Source: an uncultured beta proteobacterium
GTDB lineage: Bacteria > Pseudomonadota > Gammaproteobacteria > Burkholderiales > Burkholderiaceae_C
Length of the DNA: 64,000 nucleotides
NCBI GenBank assembly: GCA_963814385.1
Contig: CAWFCX010000050.1
Location: forward strand, 123,891 to 187,890
Direction: 5' to 3'
Shown piece by piece: positions 40,437 through 46,958 of the stretch; position 1 is the first letter of the stretch; each line of letters begins with the position of its first letter. The notes beneath the pieces were generated by a model. That model saw nothing but the letters and a program-made list of their open reading frames with translations. It did no database searches and had not been told where the DNA came from. The translations under genes and the position numbers were made by a program.

Positions 40437-41257
40437 GCTGAATCTCCCGAACGACGTGGCGCCATCAGCCGCACCGCCAAGCCCACGACCACCACCAGCC
40501 AGACGATGCCGATGGCCTCGTGCACCCAAGGTGCGAGGCCCTGCGGGCGCGCTTCGAGCGCCACCAGCGTCGTGTTGCGCAGCACGTTGCCGGCGAGCAC
40601 GACGAGGCCGACGAGTGGCAAGCGGCGAAGGAACGCGCCATCGCGCCGCTGCGTGAACAGCGCGACGCTGCACGCTGCAAAGTACGCCAGCCAGGCCATC
40701 TGCACGCCCGAGCACGGCGCGTCGACGATGACGAGCTGGCCGTTGACCGTCATCGCTGCGCCGCTGCGCTCGGCCGCAACGCCCATGGCTTGCAGCAGCC
40801 AGGCGCTGCACTGGGCGGTGAAAACACGCAGCGGGTAGCCGGCGTAGAACTGCAGCGACGCGATGAGCGGCAACGCGAGCAGCGTCAAACCCGCCATCGC
40901 CGTGCGTGGCGAATGCTCGGGCAACCACGCGAAGACATGCGCGCTGATCGCCAGCGCGGCGAGCAAGGCGGCTGCGAGTGGCGGTGCCGCAAACACGGCG
41001 GCTGTTGCTGCAATCGTCAAAGCAGCGGCGGCGCCGAGCCAGGCCAGCCGCGGCGTGGTGCGCACCGATTCGTGCGTGCGCCACAGCCACAGCAACAGCA
41101 CGGCGATGGCCGCCAGGCCGAGCGGGTCGTCGGAGCCGTCGGCAACCCGGCGCGCCGCCCACGCGCCGTGCGGCCACAGCGCCAGCGCATGGATCGCCAG
41201 CCAGGCCGGTGCGGTGACGATCACCGGGCGGCAGGGCAGGGTGCGTGCGAGCGACAT
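40433..41257 (-). CDS. exosortase-family transpeptidase (subfamily not assignable by eye)
   Basis: ATG at 41257 with a GAGG SD in the 10-nt gap. Polytopic membrane protein. Catalytic-type motifs VDAPCSG (Cys), GNVLRNT (Arg) and WVHEAIG (His). Confidence 0.8.
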   Translation of the reverse strand: MSLARTLPCRPVIVTAPAWLAIHALALWPHGAWAARRVADGSDDPLGLAAIAVLLLWLWRTHESVRTTPRLAWLGAAAALTIAATAAVFAAPPLAAALLAALAISAHVFAWLPEHSPRTAMAGLTLLALPLIASLQFYAGYPLRVFTAQCSAWLLQAMGVAAERSGAAMTVNGQLVIVDAPCSGVQMAWLAYFAACSVALFTQRRDGAFLRRLPLVGLVVLAGNVLRNTTLVALEARPQGLAPWVHEAIGIVWLVVVVGLAVRLMAPRRSGDSA

Positions 41258-41267
41258 CGTGATCGCC

Positions 41268-43358
41268 TCAACGATGGCGGCGTGCATGGGACACACCGGC
41301 CGCGACCAGGCCCAGCACGACAAGCAGCGCCAGCCAGGCCGCCGGTTCCGGCGTGCTCGGCACGGCCGTGCCCAGGTTCCCGATGGCCTTGTTGCTCACG
41401 CCCTGCGGAAGCGGCAGCGGTTGATTGACGCTGACGGCCCGGTTGTCGGCATCGAGGTGGCGCACGACGTGATCGACGGCGATGAAACTCGTGTATTGCG
41501 TCAGCAGGCTGTGCTGCAGGCCGAGCGTCGTGATCGCTTCGCGTTGCGAGTTGCCGCCGCGCAGCGCTTCTTCGTCCGACAGTTGCTGGATGCGGCGGCG
41601 GGCCCACAGCAGGCGCAGCGCTTGCGCCTCCGGGTCGGGCGTGGCGACGGGCACGACCTGTTGCCAGTCGCCATTCGCAGCGCGGCCGTCGAGCACCAAT
41701 TGGCCTTTCGGGACTTGCAGCGCGCCGTTGCCGTCGCGCGTGCCGCGCCACTTGCCGAACAGCGCCACCGGCCTGCCGCCGAGCACGTCGGGCAGGGCGT
41801 CCAGGCGTGCCGGCTCCACGTCGTACACATCCAGGCCTTCGAAGCGCGCGCGCACGCTGGTCAGTACCGGCGCGTCGATCATCTTGCGCAGCCTGTCGGC
41901 TTGCGCGTGTGCCAACTCGGGCTTGGTGACGACGAAGGGCTCGCCCTGGCCGGCACGCGCGATGCCTTCGATCAGGTGCCGATTGACCGACGCGCCGATG
42001 CCGAAGGCAAAGACATTGCTGTTGCCGAGGTTCTTGCGCACGAGCGCGAACACGCGCTCTTCCACCGTGACATAGCCGTCGGTGACGACGATCACCGTGC
42101 GCGCCACCTCGGGGTTCTTCGGCAGCGCAGCGATGCGCTCCAGCGCTGGCACGATCTCGGTGCTGCCTCCTGCACGCAGGTTGTCGATGGTGGCGATGGC
42201 ACGCTCGACGTTGGCGCGCGTCGCCGGCACCGGCGTGTCGGACAGCATGCGGTTGCTGCCCGAGAACAGCAGCACGTTGAACGAGTCGCTGGCGCGCAGG
42301 CCGCCGATCAGGTGGCGCAGCAAGGTCTTCGCCGTGTCGAGCGGAAAGCCGTGCATCGAGCCCGAGATATCGACCACGAAGACGTACTCGCGCGGGTTGA
42401 TCATCGACGTGGCAATCGCCTGCGGCGGCTCGACGAGGGCGAGGAAGTAGTTTTCTTCGCCGCTGTTGCCGGGGTAGAGCGTCAGGCCACCGGCAGTGTT
42501 GCTGCCGGCCAGGCGGTAGTCGAGGATGAAGTCGCGGTTGTTGGCGGGAGCGCCTTCATTGGCGAGCGCGACTTCGGCTTGAGCGCTGGTTTCGCCTTTG
42601 ACTTCCAGTTTGTGCGACGTCGATTCGATGTCACTCACCGGCAGTGGCGAGGCGAAGTTCACCGTGAGGTCGAACGCGGTGTTGGAGGCTTGACCTTGCG
42701 GCAGATGCGCTGTGGCAGGGAACGACGACGTGCCGCCTTCGCTCTTCGCCACGTGATAGCGCGGCCCGACGACCGTCGGGTACACAAACCGGTAGCGCCC
42801 GTCGGTCGGCAACAGCAGCTCGGTGTAGCGCAGCTCGACGACCACTTCGTCGCCGGGCAGGATGTTGGCGACGTTCATCTGGAAGACATTGGGCCGGTGC
42901 TGGTCGAGCAGCGCGGCGGTCTTGCCTTCTTTCTTCGCGGCCTCGTATTCGAGCTTGGCGCGCTGCTTCTCGCGGATCGTGGCGTTCAAGACGCGGTCGC
43001 CGAGGCGCACCGTCATCGCGTGCACGGCCGCCTGCGTAGAACCCGGGAAGACGTACTTCGCCTCGATCGTGCGCTGGCCTTCGTTCTTGTAGCGCTGCGT
43101 CACGCGCACATCGGCGATCGGGCCAACGATGCGCGCATCGACCTTCGTGCTTTTCAGCGGCAGCCGATCGACGCCCGGGTCGGTGCTGGCGATGTGGAAG
43201 TACGGACCTTCGCGCTGGGCAGCTTCGCTGTCGTCGGCGTAGGCCGGCGACCAGGCGATCAGCAGCGCTGCGGCGAACAGCGACGTGGCGATTGCAAGAA
43301 TGACCCGGCCGATGCGGCTCGCCGGCGCCATCGTCGGTACTTCGTGTTGGGAAGGCAT
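41268..43358 (-). CDS. VIT + von Willebrand A protein with a C-terminal PEP-CTERM sorting signal (exosortase cargo)
   Basis: AAGGAG SD 7 nt before ATG 43358. N-terminal signal/anchor. VIT-like LPLKSTKVDARIVGPIADVRVTQRYKNEG. vWA MIDAS VVDISGSMHG. Tail VPSTPEPAAWLALLVVLGLVAAGVSHARRHR*. Confidence 0.85.
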   Translation of the reverse strand: MPSQHEVPTMAPASRIGRVILAIATSLFAAALLIAWSPAYADDSEAAQREGPYFHIASTDPGVDRLPLKSTKVDARIVGPIADVRVTQRYKNEGQRTIEAKYVFPGSTQAAVHAMTVRLGDRVLNATIREKQRAKLEYEAAKKEGKTAALLDQHRPNVFQMNVANILPGDEVVVELRYTELLLPTDGRYRFVYPTVVGPRYHVAKSEGGTSSFPATAHLPQGQASNTAFDLTVNFASPLPVSDIESTSHKLEVKGETSAQAEVALANEGAPANNRDFILDYRLAGSNTAGGLTLYPGNSGEENYFLALVEPPQAIATSMINPREYVFVVDISGSMHGFPLDTAKTLLRHLIGGLRASDSFNVLLFSGSNRMLSDTPVPATRANVERAIATIDNLRAGGSTEIVPALERIAALPKNPEVARTVIVVTDGYVTVEERVFALVRKNLGNSNVFAFGIGASVNRHLIEGIARAGQGEPFVVTKPELAHAQADRLRKMIDAPVLTSVRARFEGLDVYDVEPARLDALPDVLGGRPVALFGKWRGTRDGNGALQVPKGQLVLDGRAANGDWQQVVPVATPDPEAQALRLLWARRRIQQLSDEEALRGGNSQREAITTLGLQHSLLTQYTSFIAVDHVVRHLDADNRAVSVNQPLPLPQGVSNKAIGNLGTAVPSTPEPAAWLALLVVLGLVAAGVSHARRHR

Positions 43359-43469
43359 GTGCGCGCTCCTTGTGCATTCGCGCCACCGACAGCCGGTGGC
43401 ATGAACGCAAGGGTCGCGCGGGGCGGTGAACCCCTTAGGAAGCGGTCACGAAGGAAAGGAGCGCTTTGT

Positions 43470-43489
43470 GTGAAGCCGGCGTGAAGCCG
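43470..43489. promoter_or_regulatory. direct repeat GTGAAGCCG-N2-GTGAAGCCG (11-bp phasing) upstream of the exosortase operon
   Basis: 43470-43478 and 43481-43489 are identical 9-mers. They lie 112-131 nt upstream of cargo ATG 43358 and just after the stop of the preceding gene. Confidence 0.3.
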
Positions 43490-43492
43490 CGG

Positions 43493-43894
43493 CTACTTGC
43501 TTTCGCTGGCGCTGTTGGCGGCCTTGTCAAAGGACGTGCGCATCGCCTGGTAGGCGTTGGCAAAACCTTCCTTCGTCGCATCCCAGGTCTTGACGGACGA
43601 TCGTTGCAACTTGGTCAGTTGCGCGCCGGCCTGCCGCTTCTTCTGCTGCAGCTCCTTCATGTTGGCCTGATGGGCCGCCTTGGCTTCAGCGCTGCTGTGC
43701 TGCGTCTGCTTTTTCATCTCGGCGATCTTCTTGTCGGTCTCGGCGATCAGGCGCTTGCCCTCGGCCACGGCCTCGGCCTTGCGTTCATGCGCGTAGGACG
43801 AGATCTTTTCGGTGGTGGTGGGCTCGGCAGCGATTGAAGCTGCGGCGAGCGCGGTCAGCAAGACGGCCAACAGACTGCGAAACAGTGATTTCAT
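43493..43894 (-). CDS. small secreted Lys/Ala/Gln-rich helical protein
   Basis: 133 aa. Signal peptide MKSLFRSLLAVLLTALAAASIAA. High GC3 in this frame versus the antisense ORF. Lies 13 nt downstream of the DegS-like gene. Confidence 0.7.
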   Translation of the reverse strand: MKSLFRSLLAVLLTALAAASIAAEPTTTEKISSYAHERKAEAVAEGKRLIAETDKKIAEMKKQTQHSSAEAKAAHQANMKELQQKKRQAGAQLTKLQRSSVKTWDATKEGFANAYQAMRTSFDKAANSASESK

Positions 43895-43907
43895 GATGTC
43901 CTTCAGG

Positions 43908-45068
43908 TTATTGGGCCGCTTGTCGGCGCGCCGGCCGTTGCGCCACCTTGATCTTCACATCGACGGCCTTGTCGCCGCGCTGCACGCCGATCGCGGCGTC
44001 GCTACCGGGCGGCAACGCGGCCACCGCGTTCAGCAACTCGGCCGTGTTGGCCACTTGTTTGCCGCCGATCTTGGTGACGACGTCGCCGGGCTGGATGCCG
44101 CCGCCGCTGGCCGGGCCGTCCTGCAGCACGCCGGTGATCAGCACGCCGCTTTTGACCGGCAGGCGCAGCGTGTCGGCCATGTCGGGCGTGAGGTCGCGCG
44201 GCTCGACGCCGATCCAGCCGCGGATCACTTTGCCGTCTTTGATCAGCCCTTCCATCACCGCGCGCGCTGTGGCGGCAGGGATCGCGAAGCCGATACCCAG
44301 GCTGCCCCCGCTGCGGGAAAAGATCGCGGTGTTGATGCCGACGAGGTTGCCGTTCGCGTCCACCAGCGCGCCGCCCGAGTTGCCGGGGTTGATGGCGGCG
44401 TCGGTCTGGATGAAATTCTCGAAGGTGTTCAGGCCCAGGCCTTTGCGATCCAGCGCGCTGACGATGCCCGAGGTGACGGTCTGGCCGACGCCGAACGGGT
44501 TGCCGATGGCCAGCACGCTGTCGCCGACGTGCAGTTGATCGGAGTTGCCGAAGGTGATCGCCGGGAGTTTGTCGAGGCCGATCTTGAGCAGCGCGACGTC
44601 GGTTTCCGGATCGGCGCCGACAATTTTGGCCGGCGCCTGTCGGCCGTCGGCGAGCATGACCTCGATCTCGTCGGCGCCTTCAATGACATGGTGGTTGGTG
44701 ATCAGGTAGCCCTCGGCCGAGACGATCACGCCCGAACCGAGGCCGCGTTGCGGCTCCATGCCTTGCGGTGCGCCGCGCTGACCGAAGAAAAAGCGGAACC
44801 AGGGGTCGTCGGCATGCGGGTTGGCTTGCGGCGCCTTGCTCGCGGCGATGCTGACGACCGCCGGCGCGGCGCGCTGCGCGGCCGCCGCCAGGCTGCCGGG
44901 GGCGGCTGCTGGGACGGCGCCGGCAGGCACCGCCGAGATCGACACGATCTGCGGCAACATCTCGCCGGGCGCACGATTGAGCCATTGCGGCTTGAGCGTG
45001 GCCACGACGAACAGCAGCGCCAACGCCACGGTGACGGCTTGCGAGAAGATCAACCAGAGTCGGCGCAT
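43908..45068 (-). CDS. DegS/AlgW-type periplasmic serine endoprotease (S1C, one PDZ)
   Basis: 386 aa with an N-terminal anchor. Triad contexts TNHHVI, DVALLKI and GNSGGAL. C-terminal PDZ. Confidence 0.88.
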   Translation of the reverse strand: MRRLWLIFSQAVTVALALLFVVATLKPQWLNRAPGEMLPQIVSISAVPAGAVPAAAPGSLAAAAQRAAPAVVSIAASKAPQANPHADDPWFRFFFGQRGAPQGMEPQRGLGSGVIVSAEGYLITNHHVIEGADEIEVMLADGRQAPAKIVGADPETDVALLKIGLDKLPAITFGNSDQLHVGDSVLAIGNPFGVGQTVTSGIVSALDRKGLGLNTFENFIQTDAAINPGNSGGALVDANGNLVGINTAIFSRSGGSLGIGFAIPAATARAVMEGLIKDGKVIRGWIGVEPRDLTPDMADTLRLPVKSGVLITGVLQDGPASGGGIQPGDVVTKIGGKQVANTAELLNAVAALPPGSDAAIGVQRGDKAVDVKIKVAQRPARRQAAQ

Positions 45069-45083
45069 GAGAGACTGAAAGAT

Positions 45084-45827
45084 ATGGCCGCATGCAAGGA
45101 AATCGAGAGCTACCTCGCCACGCTATTGGCGGTGGATCGCTTCAAGGATTATGGGCCGAACGGTTTGCAGGTCGAGGGCCGGACTGAGGTGCGGCGCCTG
45201 GTCAGCGGTGTGACGGCGAGCCGGGCGCTGATCGATGCCGCGATCGCTGACAGCGCCGATGCGATCCTGGTTCATCACGGTCTGTTCTGGCGCGGCCAAG
45301 ACGGCCGGCTCACCGGCTGGCTGGCCGAGCGCGTGAAGCGGTTGATGGCGCATGGCGTCAACCTGTTCGCCTACCACCTGCCGCTCGACGCGCATGCCGA
45401 ACTGGGCAACAACGCGCAGCTCGGGTTGAAGCTCGGACTCGCGGCGGACGCGCGATTCGGTGAGCAAGACCTGGGTTTTGCCGGCCCGGCTTCGCTGACG
45501 CTCGAGGCGCTGGCGCAGCGTGTGCGGGCGGCATTGGCGCGTGAGCCGCTGGTGCTGCCGGGCGACGGCCGCGCCGTGCGCCGCGTCGGCTGGTGCACCG
45601 GCGGTGCGCAGGGCTACTTCGAGGCCGCCATCGCCGCCGGTGTCGATGCCTTCATCACCGGCGAGGTGTCGGAACCGCAAGCGCATCTGGCGCGTGAAAC
45701 CGGCGTCGCGTTTCTCAGCTGTGGGCATCACGCGACCGAGCGCTACGGCGCGCCTGCCGTGGCCGCGCACGTGGCCGAGCGATTCGGCATCGAGCACCAC
45801 TTCATCGAGATCGAGAACCCGGCATGA
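45084..45827 (+). CDS. Nif3-like dinuclear metal centre protein
   Basis: ATG at 45084 inside ORF 43812..45827. Motifs NGLQVEG, ILVHHGLFW, HLPLDAH and GHHATE. Confidence 0.85.
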   Translation: MAACKEIESYLATLLAVDRFKDYGPNGLQVEGRTEVRRLVSGVTASRALIDAAIADSADAILVHHGLFWRGQDGRLTGWLAERVKRLMAHGVNLFAYHLPLDAHAELGNNAQLGLKLGLAADARFGEQDLGFAGPASLTLEALAQRVRAALAREPLVLPGDGRAVRRVGWCTGGAQGYFEAAIAAGVDAFITGEVSEPQAHLARETGVAFLSCGHHATERYGAPAVAAHVAERFGIEHHFIEIENPA

Positions 45828-45838
45828 GCGGCCGCGCG

Positions 45839-45912
45839 CACGGCCGCCCGAAGCGGGCCGCGATCCCCTTGGGAGATCGACCGACGTACCCGTCGGGCGA
45901 GGGGCTGTCATG
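45839..45912 (-). repeat. diverged copy (F) of the GC-rich structured repeat family in the nif3-pdxA spacer
   Basis: Same architecture as the other copies: CACGG..GGGCCG..CCCCTTGGG - hairpin (CGACG-TACC-CGTCG) - GGGGCTGTCAT. The pdxA ATG sits at its edge. Confidence 0.4.
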
Positions 45913-46920
45913 ACGCCGATGCTCATCACGATGGGCGATCCCGTCGGCATTGGGCCGGAGATCGTCATGCACGCCTTTCTGCGCGGCGCGGCGGAGGGTT
46001 GCGTCGTGGTGGGTGATGTGCGCGTCATGCGTCGGGCGATGGCGTTGCTGGACGATCCATGGCCGATCGCGCAACTCGATTCAGCGCAAGATGTGTCGCG
46101 CTGCCCCGAGCGCTGCGTGCCGGTGTGGCAGCCCGACGGCCTGCCGTCGGCGCTCGATCGACTTCCTTGGGGCGCTGTCGATGCGCGCGCTGGCCAGGCC
46201 GCGGCGCTGTGCATCGAAGCCGCGGTGCACGCGGTGCAGCGCGGTGAGGCTGGCGCGATCGTCACGGCGCCGATCCACAAGTCCGCGCTGGCCGCAGCGG
46301 GCGTGCCGTACCCCGGCCACACCGAAATGCTGCAAGCACTCGCCGGCGGCATGCCGGTGCGCATGATGCTGGCCAACGACGAGTTGTGTGTCGTTCTGGT
46401 GACGATCCACCAGTCGCTGCGCACGGCGATCGATGCAGTGACGTTCGGGGCTGTGCTCGACACACTGCGCATTGCCAACGCCAGTGGCACGAAACCTCGC
46501 ATTGCCGTCGCGGGCCTGAACCCGCATGCCGGCGAAGACGGCCTGTTCGGCGACGAGGAGCAGAAGATCATCGCGCCGGCCGTCGCCGCTGCCCGCGCTG
46601 AAGGCATCGACGCCCAAGGCCCGTTTGCGCCGGACACCGTCTTCATGCGCGCCCGCCGCGGCGAGTTCGATGTTGTCGTCGCGATGACACACGACCACGG
46701 CCTGATTCCGGTCAAGTACCTCGGCGTCGAGCAAGGCGTCAACGTGACGCTCGGCCTGCCGTTCATGCGCACCAGCCCGGATCACGGCACGGCATTCGAC
46801 ATTGCCGGCCTGGGACGGGCTGATCCGTCGAGTCTGGAGGCAGCGATTGCGTGGGCCAGACGCCGATCCAGCGACCGCCGCGGATCTGGCTTTGCCAGGC
46901 CGCGGGCGGTGCACCCTTGA
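45910..46920 (+). CDS. pdxA: 4-hydroxythreonine-4-phosphate dehydrogenase
   Basis: ATG at 45910 inside ORF 45520..46920. Motifs TAPIHK, PGHTE, NPHAGE and TSPDHGTAFD. The last ~19 codons lie inside repeat copy C. Confidence 0.88.
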   Translation: MTPMLITMGDPVGIGPEIVMHAFLRGAAEGCVVVGDVRVMRRAMALLDDPWPIAQLDSAQDVSRCPERCVPVWQPDGLPSALDRLPWGAVDARAGQAAALCIEAAVHAVQRGEAGAIVTAPIHKSALAAAGVPYPGHTEMLQALAGGMPVRMMLANDELCVVLVTIHQSLRTAIDAVTFGAVLDTLRIANASGTKPRIAVAGLNPHAGEDGLFGDEEQKIIAPAVAAARAEGIDAQGPFAPDTVFMRARRGEFDVVVAMTHDHGLIPVKYLGVEQGVNVTLGLPFMRTSPDHGTAFDIAGLGRADPSSLEAAIAWARRRSSDRRGSGFARPRAVHP

Positions 46921-46958
46921 GGCGGAGCGGCGCAGCCGTTCCGGGGGTGGGCGATCAG
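46865..46958 (-). repeat. long copy (C) of the GC-rich structured repeat family
   Basis: Aligns over ~94 nt with 54876..54988. Hairpin CGGAGCGGC-GCA-GCCGTTCCG. Contains the pdxA stop (46918-46920) and the DUF1631 stop (46955-46957). Confidence 0.75.

Noticed and set aside
43451-43837. SD-like AAGGAAAGGAG followed by a TTG-initiated 123-aa plus-strand ORF
   Set aside because: It is antisense to the 133-aa secreted-protein gene. That gene has a signal peptide and much higher GC3, while the plus-strand frame has many T-ending codons.
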